A stretch of DNA of 64,000 nt from Escherichia phage FL15, in sequence record PP400778. One strand, written 5' to 3'. Position 1 is the stretch's first letter. Each line of letters begins with the position of its first letter. The notes below the pieces were generated by a model. The model was not told where the DNA came from. It did not search any database and saw nothing but the letters and a program-made list of their open reading frames with translations. Positions 55,462 to 64,000 of the stretch are shown here, piece by piece. Position numbers and translations under genes: made by a program.

Positions 55462-56931
55462 CTATTCCCCATTACCATTATACTTTCTTTGCTTAGTTAT
55501 CCACACTCTAACCATCTCTACAGATTCACCGTCAGACGGATCAAGAGTTTTTCCTTTTTTCTTCATGCGGTACTTAAATCCGTTAAATCTTGCATTCTCT
55601 TGCTCGTTAAAGTCGAACATCTTTTTAAATGATTTTCGCCCTTTACGCTCACCACATTCTAGCGGAATCATTCGGTCTGTTATTACATTGGCATTAGGTA
55701 GAAACGTTTTTAGATAATCCACCAACGCCCAATCAGGAACATATAGATTAACATTCTCCTTGCTCTCGTTGTCTCTCAGGTTACAACGCAAACATAATTG
55801 AAATGCTGGTTCCAGATAATCAGACACATGACGCGCTTTCAAAAACTCGTTTGTCGGGAGATCACAACTATTAGCAAGACCTTTTAAAATATCAATCTCC
55901 CATCGTTGAGGGTTAAAGCTGAACATCACAGCAACATTTTTATGATGAATGTAAGAGTTAAGACCATAAGATCCGTAAGGTATCCGCTCACCAATACCAT
56001 TTGTACACGCTTCACGGTCCCGATTCACGGTATAAATGAAGTCATCGCCACATTCATTTTTAACCATATCAACAAGACGTTCAAAGGTATTGTTTGTTTC
56101 TGACTGGTGACGCGACCATCGTTCAGAGTCCGTCATAAGGATGATATTAACTCTATCTGTATTTTTATACTCTTTGAAATATAGTCTGGATTCTAGCGCA
56201 CTCGGAACAAAATCGCAATTTGCATAGTATCGTAGATACTTCCCACTATATGTATCAAAGAGATTTGCACATGCTATCGTAACCTTTTTAAAGTCTCCCC
56301 ACGTACCGTGTTTGTTATCGTTCAAGAAAACAATTTTCGACCCATTCTTCCGGTGTCCTTCGTTATGTTTTACCATAACGTTGATTTTCTTCTCTAATAA
56401 CGCCTCATAAAGCCCTCTAAGAGAAGAATCGATCATATCAGTACCATCCTTTGCACTTTCTATCTTTTCTTTGATAGCGGCCTTCTCAGAGTCTTTTAGA
56501 ACTAAGTTCTGTAGGCATTCCGATTCGTCGGCGATTGGTTCGCAATGCTTCGTGATAAGTTCAAGATTAGACTTAAACGGATACTCATTAAATTCAACCA
56601 GTTGAGGAACTTCATCAATGTAAAGAGCATATTCACCAAAAATTTTTGAACGTTCCATATTAGATAACGCTGTATGTGTAATGAATATCACATCAGCACC
56701 GTCTTTAACTGATTGCATTATCGACGCTTGCACTGTCTTAAGGCTTCTTAGTCGTGTGCTATCAATCAAGACAGCACGACCACCCATTCTTTTAAACTTA
56801 TTGTAAGATTGTTCACTTAAAACACGAGATGGCGAAGCAATAACCGCTTTTTCTTTTGTCTCTAGGACGTGGGAAAGTATAGCATCAGTTTTCCCCGCCG
56901 CTGGCAATGCGATTAATGTTTCAATCTTCAT
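55462..56931 (-). CDS. P-loop NTPase of unknown function (489 aa)
   Basis: N-terminal Walker A-like LPAAGKT and Walker B-like ALYIDEV; large Cys/Trp/Tyr-rich C-terminal region without recognisable motifs; sits where T4 has alpha-gt. Confidence 0.6.
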   Translation of the reverse strand: MKIETLIALPAAGKTDAILSHVLETKEKAVIASPSRVLSEQSYNKFKRMGGRAVLIDSTRLRSLKTVQASIMQSVKDGADVIFITHTALSNMERSKIFGEYALYIDEVPQLVEFNEYPFKSNLELITKHCEPIADESECLQNLVLKDSEKAAIKEKIESAKDGTDMIDSSLRGLYEALLEKKINVMVKHNEGHRKNGSKIVFLNDNKHGTWGDFKKVTIACANLFDTYSGKYLRYYANCDFVPSALESRLYFKEYKNTDRVNIILMTDSERWSRHQSETNNTFERLVDMVKNECGDDFIYTVNRDREACTNGIGERIPYGSYGLNSYIHHKNVAVMFSFNPQRWEIDILKGLANSCDLPTNEFLKARHVSDYLEPAFQLCLRCNLRDNESKENVNLYVPDWALVDYLKTFLPNANVITDRMIPLECGERKGRKSFKKMFDFNEQENARFNGFKYRMKKKGKTLDPSDGESVEMVRVWITKQRKYNGNGE

Positions 56932-57218
56932 TAGAAACCCTTACGTCGTGCTTTCTGGCATTTCTTGATCATTTTATCAGAAATTTCTCGCTTAGGTGCA
57001 ATCTCTTTCACACCGAAAGCACTAATGCCAAATTCAGAGAGAATATATTCAACCAACAATTCACGCACACGAGCTTTACCGATATTCACGCCGTTATTTT
57101 TCAGATATGTCTGGCCTTCGACTTGCATCAGATCTAAATCTGCGTCGGTAATATTGATTTCTTCCATGCGCCCAAATCGAGAATAAACCATGTGTGCGAT
57201 TGCATTGTGTACTAACAT
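56931..57218 (-). CDS. hypothetical protein
   Basis: ORF; start MLVHNAIAH with GAGGA SD; stop overlaps the NTPase start. Confidence 0.5.
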   Translation of the reverse strand: MLVHNAIAHMVYSRFGRMEEINITDADLDLMQVEGQTYLKNNGVNIGKARVRELLVEYILSEFGISAFGVKEIAPKREISDKMIKKCQKARRKGF

Positions 57219-57240
57219 AATATATTCCTCACTCAAGAAT

Positions 57241-57399
57241 TACTTAATGATACTTACTTTACCAGATCCATGACAATGAGCGCAACACCCATCACCACGC
57301 AATCCTGTTCCGTTACAGTGTTTACACTTCTTCAACGGTAAAGCCATTATAGCAAATAAAGCAATAATGAACACCGAAACTAAATTCTCAATAATCATA
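57241..57399 (-). CDS. 52-aa membrane-anchored mini-protein with two CxxCxGxG (DnaJ-type) zinc-finger motifs
   Basis: Below track cutoff; MIIENLVSVFIIALFAIMALPLKKCKHCNGTGLRGDGCCAHCHGSGKVSIIK; GAGGG SD; overlaps the nrdH 3' end. Confidence 0.4.
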
Positions 57400-57657
57400 A
57401 ATCGCCCTCAGTTCTTTATAGCCTCCAATGTGCTCGTTGTCAATGAATATCTGGGGGTATACAAACCGGAGGCTCTTTGAGTTTAGCCTCCCCGCCAGTT
57501 CTTCAATCATATCACGGTCGGGAATAATGTCAACCCCGACCTGCTTGAATACTGGTTTAAGTGTATACGGAATACCCAGATCATCCAGTAGCTTCATTGC
57601 ACTAATACAACCATAACAATGATAAGCCTCTTTCGGTATACCGTATATCTCGATCAT
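57388..57657 (-). CDS. nrdH: NrdH-like glutaredoxin
   Basis: 89 aa; thioredoxin-fold pattern with CYGC redox motif near the N-terminus; T4 nrdH position. Confidence 0.8.
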   Translation of the reverse strand: MIEIYGIPKEAYHCYGCISAMKLLDDLGIPYTLKPVFKQVGVDIIPDRDMIEELAGRLNSKSLRFVYPQIFIDNEHIGGYKELRAIYDY

Positions 57658-58138
57658 TTCTCAGCCTTTAATCTTTCTAGTTCTTCTTCCAGTTCCTTAA
57701 TGCGCTTCTCGCGTTCAATATCACGTTGGATCTTAGTGGCGAATACTCGTTTAAACTGATTATAGTCATCAATTTTAAATACTTCCTCTTCACCGTATCG
57801 ACGTACAGAAACTTCGTAGTTGTTGAAAAATTGTTCCAACATTGCATCAGTGGTCAGTTCTGCCGATACCACTTTAAAATGACGTTCTTCTGATTGCAAA
57901 AACCAGTTGTGCGCGTATTCCCGTACATCATCAACATTGCGGCAGGTGTATACCGTGCCATCAATTTCAATCGCAGAAACATAATCAACATCCGATGCAT
58001 GGTGATCAAATGCGATAACTTTAAATGGACGGTCGCCTATAAACTCTGCTATTGCATCATTTACAACGCTAAAGTTTGCAAAATCTTCTCTCGTTTTCTT
58101 ATCTTTCCACTGATAGGTCACGCCAGCAACAAACATAT
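57654..58138 (-). CDS. member of tandem paralog family (WxD N-domain + coiled-coil tail)
   Basis: Start MFVAGVTYQWKDKK (GAGGA SD); N-domain aligns with neighbours (TYxW+D ... DRPF ... IEIDG ... +FF.EV); Glu/Lys-rich C-terminus. Confidence 0.6.
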
Positions 58139-58962
58139 TACCATCCTCGCTCTTTACCAATCAAAAATTCAACTTCACGACGTTTAATGTCTTCTTGAAG
58201 GTCTTTAATCTTCTGTCGGTCTTGCATGATTTCATCCATCTTGTCAAGTGCCGCAATGAAATCATCGAAACGTTCAAAGGTTTTACCTTCATTTGCTTCG
58301 CCAAATTTAACCATTGTCAGGCCGTAACGACTACTAAACAGACGTTTCAACTGTCCAACGATTTTAGAATCAGTGGTTATAACTTCCAATTCTTCTACTT
58401 CACGAAAGAATTTTCTATCAGAATCAATAAACCAGCTAGTTCCTTTATGGTCTCTATCTTCGGTTGCGCTCATTAGAGTATGGTCTTTACCATCAATTTC
58501 AATTACATCAATTTGCCCACATGGACTAACATTTTTAACAGTAAAAGGTCTATAATTTATTGCTCGTGCAATAACATAATTAAGGTTAGATACGTTTTCA
58601 GCATAATGACAGAAGTCGGTCATAGCATTCGCATCTTTCCAAGTATAAGTTTTACCAACTTCCCATTTCTGGGGAACTTCTTCAACTTCACGAAAGAATT
58701 TTCTATCGAATGGACTAAAGAAATATGTTGCAGTCCAAATGTCTTTTCCTGTAGCAGTTTTCGCCGTATGATAAACACCGTCTAGCTCTATTGCATCAAT
58801 CCAACCGTTACTCTCGATCTCGATGATGGTAAATGGCTTGTCACCAATAGCTGCACTGATATCGCTGTTAAGTGGAGAAAGAACACCTTCTCCGTTAGTA
58901 ATAAACTCAGTTTTAGCGTTTTCATCTCTCCAAGTGTAAGTTTTACCAATTTCCCATTTCAT
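58138..58962 (-). CDS. member of tandem paralog family carrying two N-domain copies
   Basis: 274 aa; MKWEIGKTYTWRD...DRKFFREVEE repeated as KWEVGKTYTWKD...DRKFFREVEE, then a helical tail. Confidence 0.65.
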   Translation of the reverse strand: MKWEIGKTYTWRDENAKTEFITNGEGVLSPLNSDISAAIGDKPFTIIEIESNGWIDAIELDGVYHTAKTATGKDIWTATYFFSPFDRKFFREVEEVPQKWEVGKTYTWKDANAMTDFCHYAENVSNLNYVIARAINYRPFTVKNVSPCGQIDVIEIDGKDHTLMSATEDRDHKGTSWFIDSDRKFFREVEELEVITTDSKIVGQLKRLFSSRYGLTMVKFGEANEGKTFERFDDFIAALDKMDEIMQDRQKIKDLQEDIKRREVEFLIGKERGW

Positions 58963-58974
58963 AATATATTCCCC

Positions 58975-59440
58975 TTAACCGATTTTATCAAGTTCGTTTA
59001 ATGCTTTCTCAGCTTCCTGTATAGCTTGCACTCTTTCCGGCATTTTGTCAAGAAAATCTTTCAACTCTTCAAAACTGGAGATATGACGCAAGGCGTTAGC
59101 ACCGATAGCCGCATGTGATTTGCATTCAAAGCGGATTTTATAATTATCCATCGCCAATTTGAGAAGATCAATTAATTTAGATTCTTCTGGAATAATAATT
59201 TCTTCAAATCTGCTACGGTCATGATCCAGAAACCAACAAGATAGACCTACATCGGTTGAACTCATATAAGTTCCATCATGAAGATAAACAGACCGCACGT
59301 ATCCTTTTTTTCGCATCAACCGACGCAACTTTAAACGGTAATCGCAGATATTTCAAATAATCAACATCATACCATTTAAAAAATTGGTTTGCATCTTTTA
59401 CATCTTTCCACGCATAGGTCTTACCAGCTTCCCATTTCAT
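58975..59440 (-). pseudogene. member of tandem paralog family interrupted by a frameshift at an A7 run
   Basis: N-domain start MKWEAGKTYAWKD (ATG 59440) is in a different frame from the rest (58975-59328); frames join at the A7 run (plus T7 59305-59311) and would be continuous with one fewer A. Confidence 0.55.
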
Positions 59441-59444
59441 AATA

Positions 59445-59972
59445 TCATCTCTCATTTTTGATACGTGATTCTAATTGGATCATACGGTCGCGCGTTTGTT
59501 TGTATTCTCGGATAGCACCGATCCGGCTAGGCATACCATCCAGTACGCTCTTAATACCTTCTAGGGTAGTAATTTTGGCAATGCTATTATGTAACCCCAT
59601 CTTATCGATCAACTGAATGTCGTAGGCTTCCATAAGCAGACCCAGGCGTTCTAAAGTTAGGTCTTCTTCTTTTTCTTCCGAATCTGGAATCTTAGGTTCA
59701 ATAGCAACTTCGGTAAAGAAACGACGCTCACCCGACCAAAACCACACACCGGAACAGCCAATAGGGGATTCTTTTAACGTCATAGAGTCGAAATTACTAC
59801 CAATAATAGTAATTTCTCTAACATCACCATCATCGTCAAGGTCTTCTACCCTAAACGGGCGACCAGCCAACAAGTCAACAATACATCTGTTAATAGACGA
59901 CGAAAATTTAGTAAGTTCGGCTTTCGACGCTTCGCATTCAATCTTGTAAGTTTTACCAACTTCCCATTCCAT
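59445..59972 (-). CDS. member of tandem paralog family
   Basis: Start MEWEVGKTYK with GAGGTG SD; same N-domain and helical C-terminal tail. Confidence 0.65.
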   Translation of the reverse strand: MEWEVGKTYKIECEASKAELTKFSSSINRCIVDLLAGRPFRVEDLDDDGDVREITIIGSNFDSMTLKESPIGCSGVWFWSGERRFFTEVAIEPKIPDSEEKEEDLTLERLGLLMEAYDIQLIDKMGLHNSIAKITTLEGIKSVLDGMPSRIGAIREYKQTRDRMIQLESRIKNER

Positions 59973-59982
59973 AATAATCACC

Positions 59983-60486
59983 TCAAATAATTTTCACTGG
60001 AATACTATTAACAATCTTGTATTGTACTTGATTGTCAGACCCCCGCCACGGCTTCTTCGTTGGCATATCTTTAATATAACGCCCATCGATGAACATGTCA
60101 ACTGATTCTACAATTTTTCTTTGCTCATCATTCAATTGGTCAAGGGTATAACCGGACCATAGCCAAATATCTTTATTTGGCATCCATGATTTTACTTCAT
60201 CGATGATCCGCTGTACACCCTTTAAATTGCGTTTATACAGTGGATCGCCACCTAAGAATGTTAGCCCCTGAATAAAATCAGGTCTAAGCAGATCCAGAAT
60301 CAATCCCATTGTATCATCGGTGAATGGTTCCCCGTTCTTAGGATTGAGTAGACTAGCATTAAAGCAACCATCACATGCGTGTGAACATCCGGTAACGTAA
60401 AGGGAGACTCTCACTCCCTCACCGTTAACCATATCACAATCTTTAATATCGGCATAGCGTAGTTTGCCGTATGTATCAGAACTCAT
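59983..60486 (-). CDS. nrdG: anaerobic ribonucleotide reductase activating protein NrdG (radical SAM)
   Basis: CxxxCxxC radical-SAM cluster (CSHACDGCFN), GGDPL, WLWSGY, WRGS.NQ match T4 NrdG. Confidence 0.9.
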   Translation of the reverse strand: MSSDTYGKLRYADIKDCDMVNGEGVRVSLYVTGCSHACDGCFNASLLNPKNGEPFTDDTMGLILDLLRPDFIQGLTFLGGDPLYKRNLKGVQRIIDEVKSWMPNKDIWLWSGYTLDQLNDEQRKIVESVDMFIDGRYIKDMPTKKPWRGSDNQVQYKIVNSIPVKII

Positions 60487-60628
60487 ATTCAATTACCCCG
60501 AACTCGTTTACAATCTGCGCTTTATAGTAACCACCGCGAGATGCTAATAGATAAGCTGGGCTTAGGTATTCGTATTCACGGATTTCTACTTGTGCGTTTT
60601 CAGTTTCCCAAATCAGTAAAGTCCACAT
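60476..60628 (-). CDS. hypothetical small protein (50 aa)
   Basis: ATG 60628 (MWTLLIW...) preceded by conserved leader CAGGAGAATCAAAT; the longer track ORF would include the promoter. Confidence 0.45.
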   Translation of the reverse strand: MWTLLIWETENAQVEIREYEYLSPAYLLASRGGYYKAQIVNEFGVIEYEF

Positions 60629-60670
60629 ATTTGATTCTCCTGTAAAGTTGTATCTCGTCTTGATGAATAT

Positions 60671-60699
60671 AGTATAGGGGATCGCGAGATCCCCGTCAA
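60671..60699 (-). promoter_or_regulatory. early promoter with perfect palindrome in the spacer (PeSL-like)
   Basis: Minus strand TTGACG (60694-60699), spacer GGGGATC-GCGA-GATCCCC, TATACT (60671-60676). Confidence 0.5.
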
Positions 60700-60703
60700 G
60701 CAT

Positions 60704-61231
60704 TTATTTTAAATTTTTTCGAATGTATTCAGACCATTCCTTCCCTGTCATTTCGGACCCATTCTGGAAACTGAAATATTCATACGGCATCGAGTCAAGA
60801 TAAAACAGGATCATACATCGCGCCATATAATACCAATCACGATTAAAGTAAACTACGTTATCACCAGTACCATCAACCCCTTTATCATAACCATCGCGGG
60901 TACGGGCGACCCATTGAATAGTATCATTTTTCTCGCGGATCGTAACAGGTTCCCAATATCCAGCACATCCAGCATGACCACACGAACAAGTCAGGAAATA
61001 TTGACCTTTTGCTTTGTTGTCATCCCATTCACGATGGATTGGTTCGATCTCGTGAAACAGTGCTAAGCAATCATGATTATGCAACACTGGCTTACCATCA
61101 ATCAATGCATGGAATGTATACAAACGACCAGTAGACAAATAGCTATCCTCACGCTCAACCAGTTCAATAGCAATCTTTTTAGCTCGTTCTTTGTGTCGTT
61201 GTGCTTTACGCTTACGGTTTAATGATTTCAT
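60704..61231 (-). CDS. hypothetical protein
   Basis: ORF; start MKSLNRKRKAQRH with GAGGTG SD; basic N-terminus, Cys/His-rich middle. Confidence 0.5.
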   Translation of the reverse strand: MKSLNRKRKAQRHKERAKKIAIELVEREDSYLSTGRLYTFHALIDGKPVLHNHDCLALFHEIEPIHREWDDNKAKGQYFLTCSCGHAGCAGYWEPVTIREKNDTIQWVARTRDGYDKGVDGTGDNVVYFNRDWYYMARCMILFYLDSMPYEYFSFQNGSEMTGKEWSEYIRKNLK

Positions 61232-61248
61232 ATTCACCTCACACATTA

Positions 61249-61794
61249 TCAAAGGTCGCGATATAGTACATTATGAAAATGAGAACTTGCATTACCAATA
61301 TTGTAGATAATAAATTCTTCATCCGGCGCTTGCGCTACAAATTGAGTATGAGCAACCGCCACAACCTTAAAAATACGATCCGTGATCTTGTGTTTAATTT
61401 CGGCTCCTACTTCCATAGGAACATATTCATGTGTTTCTGTTTCAGTCGCAAAACAGCCATCTTCTTCATAAGCACGAACAAATCGATCGCAATCAGTACG
61501 CTTAACAAATTCAAGAGTATACAATTCTCGTGAATTGTCGGTATAGACTAATACAGAATTATTCTGATAGCGAATCACATACAGGTTATTATCATCGTCA
61601 ATTACGCAAAAGCTACGGATTTGTGTTCCTTCGCCTTTACTCCAGCAGATATTAACCACCGTTCCTCTAATAAAAAAACTTTCCTTTAAATTAAAACTAG
61701 TCAATGTGCTAGCGTGCATTTTAACAACAACACCATCGCCAATTTCCAGTTTACGAAGTTTAACTTCTTTGCTCAGTACACAAAACATCATCAT
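61249..61794 (-). CDS. hypothetical protein
   Basis: 181-aa ORF downstream of a strong promoter. Confidence 0.5.
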   Translation of the reverse strand: MMMFCVLSKEVKLRKLEIGDGVVVKMHASTLTSFNLKESFFIRGTVVNICWSKGEGTQIRSFCVIDDDNNLYVIRYQNNSVLVYTDNSRELYTLEFVKRTDCDRFVRAYEEDGCFATETETHEYVPMEVGAEIKHKITDRIFKVVAVAHTQFVAQAPDEEFIIYNIGNASSHFHNVLYRDL

Positions 61795-61823
61795 GTTGTC
61801 CTCTCGTTGTTTTCGATGTGAGC

Positions 61824-61851
61824 ATTATACATGAGCTAATCATGTTGTCAA
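61824..61851 (-). promoter_or_regulatory. sigma70-type early promoter (TTGACA-16-TATAAT)
   Basis: Minus strand TTGACA (61846-61851), TATAAT (61824-61829), leader CATCGAAAACAACGAGAGGA. Confidence 0.6.
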
Positions 61852-61862
61852 CACCCCAAAAC

Positions 61863-61894
61863 GAAAAAGCCGACCCTTTCGGATCGGCTAAAAA
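61863..61894 (-). terminator. intrinsic terminator after nrdD
   Basis: AGCCGATCC-GAAA-GGGTCGGCT hairpin flanked by A/T runs on both sides; third copy of this conserved stem. Confidence 0.7.
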
Positions 61895-63757
61895 TTACAT
61901 GTGCTTAACGCGGTTTACCATCTCGGAGTGTTTCCCGTGGTTAAATGGACGCAGATCAACAGATCCAAGATATCCACTAACGCGACGGATAACATTCATC
62001 TTTTCCAGATTGTCATTACCGCAATCAGGGCAAACAAAACCAGACTCGGTCGCTCTCATTTCCTTATTAGATCCGCATACATGACATACATCAGAAGGAG
62101 TATTAACACCGAAGTAGTGCAATTTATCCATTGCATAGTCTACTACAGTTTCAAGACCTTTCAGGTTGTTTTTCATGTCTGGGAACTCAACATAAGAGAT
62201 CATGCCACCGGACGCCAGCCAGTGATAATCTTTCTCAAAGTCGATTTTCTCAAATGGTGTGACTTTCCGGTCTACGTCAAGGTGGAATGAGTTGGTGTAC
62301 CAGTCTTTATCGGTAGCACCCTTAACAATACCAAATTGCTCTCGATCCAGTCGATTAAATCGATAGCAAAGGCTCTCGGCTGGCGTACCGTAAAGACTAA
62401 ACCCAAGTCCGGTTTCATCCTTCCATTTTTCAGTATAATGACGCAAGATCTTAAGAATATGTTTACCGTATCGCTGCGCATCTTCCGAATCAAACGGATG
62501 AACACCAAACAGGACGCTCAATACCTCATGTAAACCAATATATCCAAGAGAGATACTAGCGCGACCATCTTTCAACACTTCCAAAATTTCATCGTTTTGA
62601 TGAATACGGAAAAATGCACCTTCTGTATACAGCACCGGAGCAACATTGGCTTTAGCCCCTTTTAAAGCGTCTACGCGACTCATGAGCGCATCAAAGCAAA
62701 TAGGCATACGATTAGCTAGCTCTTGTTCGAATAGCTCAATTCTGCGCATTACAGACGCTTTACCAGCACGACGAGCGGCAATAAGGGCAATACGCGGAAG
62801 ATTCAGAGTCACAACACCTAAGTTATTACGTCCGTCTAATACTTCCTCGCCTTTCTCATTATGCCACACACCCAGGAAGCTACGACAACCCATCGGGCTA
62901 ACCGGAACACTAGATCCAGTGATACTACGGTTATTCTTCGCAGAGATATAATCAGGGTAAAGACGCTTACTAGAACATTCCAATGCAAGTTGCTTAATGT
63001 CGTAGTTCGGATCTTCCGGTTTAAGGTTTAATCCTTCTTCTAAGAACATCACCAGCTTAGGAAACACCGGAGTGATACCATCTTTACCTAAACCTTTAGT
63101 TCGAACGTTCAGGATCGCTTTCTGAATCAGTTTTTCTTCCCAGCTAGTACCCATACCAAATGTTAAAGTCACAAAAGGTGTTTGACCGTTGGTGGAGAAC
63201 AAAGTGTTGATTTCATATTCCAACGCTTGATACCCGTCTAGCGTTTCTTTTTCTGTCTTCTCTTGTGCATAGAGAGTATCCGCTTTGATTCCGTAGGTTT
63301 CGGCATCAGCAAGGTGTTTATGATATGTTTTCTTAACATACGGTGCTAACACCTGGTCGATGTTTGCAATTGTGGTCCCGCCATATTGATGACTTGCCAC
63401 CTGTGCGATAATTTGAGCGGTTACAGCACATGCAACACCGATCGATTTAGGACTTTCGATTTGTGCGCTACCCAATTTAAAACCATTCTCTAACATGTCT
63501 TTGAGATTAACAAGACAGCAGTTAGTAAACGGCATAGCGGGTGCATAATCCATATCATGATAATGAATATCACCGTCTACATGCGCTTTATAGATGTGCT
63601 CAGGTAACACGGTTTTAGCAATCTGTTTAGACACAGCGCCAGCAATCAGATCTCGACGTGTCGGGAATGTTCGCGCGTCTTTGTTCGCGTTCTCTTTACT
63701 TACTTCGTTTTCTTTACCCGTTGCGATCTCTGTAATGTCTTTGATTAGTTTTTCCAT
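61895..63757 (-). CDS. nrdD: anaerobic ribonucleoside-triphosphate reductase NrdD
   Basis: 620 aa, uninterrupted; C-terminal CxxC...CPDCG zinc site and glycyl-radical region (RVSGYLG) typical of class III RNR; AGGTGA SD. Confidence 0.95.
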   Translation of the reverse strand: MEKLIKDITEIATGKENEVSKENANKDARTFPTRRDLIAGAVSKQIAKTVLPEHIYKAHVDGDIHYHDMDYAPAMPFTNCCLVNLKDMLENGFKLGSAQIESPKSIGVACAVTAQIIAQVASHQYGGTTIANIDQVLAPYVKKTYHKHLADAETYGIKADTLYAQEKTEKETLDGYQALEYEINTLFSTNGQTPFVTLTFGMGTSWEEKLIQKAILNVRTKGLGKDGITPVFPKLVMFLEEGLNLKPEDPNYDIKQLALECSSKRLYPDYISAKNNRSITGSSVPVSPMGCRSFLGVWHNEKGEEVLDGRNNLGVVTLNLPRIALIAARRAGKASVMRRIELFEQELANRMPICFDALMSRVDALKGAKANVAPVLYTEGAFFRIHQNDEILEVLKDGRASISLGYIGLHEVLSVLFGVHPFDSEDAQRYGKHILKILRHYTEKWKDETGLGFSLYGTPAESLCYRFNRLDREQFGIVKGATDKDWYTNSFHLDVDRKVTPFEKIDFEKDYHWLASGGMISYVEFPDMKNNLKGLETVVDYAMDKLHYFGVNTPSDVCHVCGSNKEMRATESGFVCPDCGNDNLEKMNVIRRVSGYLGSVDLRPFNHGKHSEMVNRVKHM

Positions 63758-63769
63758 TGTATCACCTAT

Positions 63770-63790
63770 GAAAAAGCGGGATTTCTCCCG
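63770..63790 (-). terminator. stem-loop / terminator immediately upstream of nrdD
   Basis: Minus strand AGCGGGAG-AAAT-CCCGCT followed by TTTTTC, about 15 nt before the nrdD SD. Confidence 0.45.
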
Positions 63791-63802
63791 CTCGTTGATA
63801 GT

Positions 63803-64000
63803 TATTTTACCAGTTCTGCTAATTCTTTTTCCGCCGCTTCCAGTTCAGCTTTCAGTTGTTTGATCTCTTGTCGCTTCTTATTAGCGGCTTCCTGCTTACT
63901 ATTTCGGATAATCTGATCTAGATATGAATCCCACTCCTGAATATTTTTGATAATGTAACCGTCAACATTAATTGGTCGGAGATTTAGTACAGCTTCCAGT
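63803..64000 (-). CDS. 3' end of a gene whose start lies beyond the window end
   Basis: Open frame on the minus strand to the window edge, ending ...KQLKAELEAAEKELAELVK; not in the ORF track because no start is in the window. Confidence 0.35.

Noticed and set aside
1-64000. Search for CRISPR arrays, tRNA or rRNA genes and group I introns
   Set aside because: No spaced direct-repeat arrays or cloverleaf-like tRNA candidates seen; nrdD is uninterrupted and the td fragment in the window is too short to judge.

Overview
This 64-kb window reads as a contiguous piece of a T4-like (T-even-type) myovirus genome, in the same order and orientation as the T4 map. From left to right: td (5' end only), frd, gene 32, 59, 33, dsbA, rnh, then the only plus-strand block (long-tail-fibre genes 34-35-36-37-38 and holin t), then a minus-strand run of small early genes, gene 52, rIIB, rIIA, a fused 39+60 topoisomerase subunit, dexA, dda, 56, 61, 41, uvsX, 43, regA, 62, 44, 45, 46, 47, 55, nrdH, nrdG and nrdD. 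All calls rest on reading the six-frame translations against remembered T4 protein sequences and motifs; no database search was run. The tail-fibre module is T2-type (gp37 with a C-terminal intramolecular chaperone domain plus a glycine-rich gp38 adhesin). Early genes are driven by near-consensus sigma70 promoters, several of them embedded in repeated promoter/stem-loop/leader cassettes. Accessory content that departs from T4 includes a CYTH-domain protein, two paralogous HNH-AP2 endonucleases, a secreted LprI-like protein, a possible DUF2829 protein, a 489-aa P-loop NTPase, a tandem array of paralogous genes, a small HTH ORF between rIIA and rIIB, and two genes interrupted by +1 frameshifts at A7 runs. 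The most likely candidates for something undescribed are the tandem paralog array with the adjacent NTPase near nrdH, and the CYTH protein. No rRNA, tRNA, CRISPR array or group I intron was recognised.
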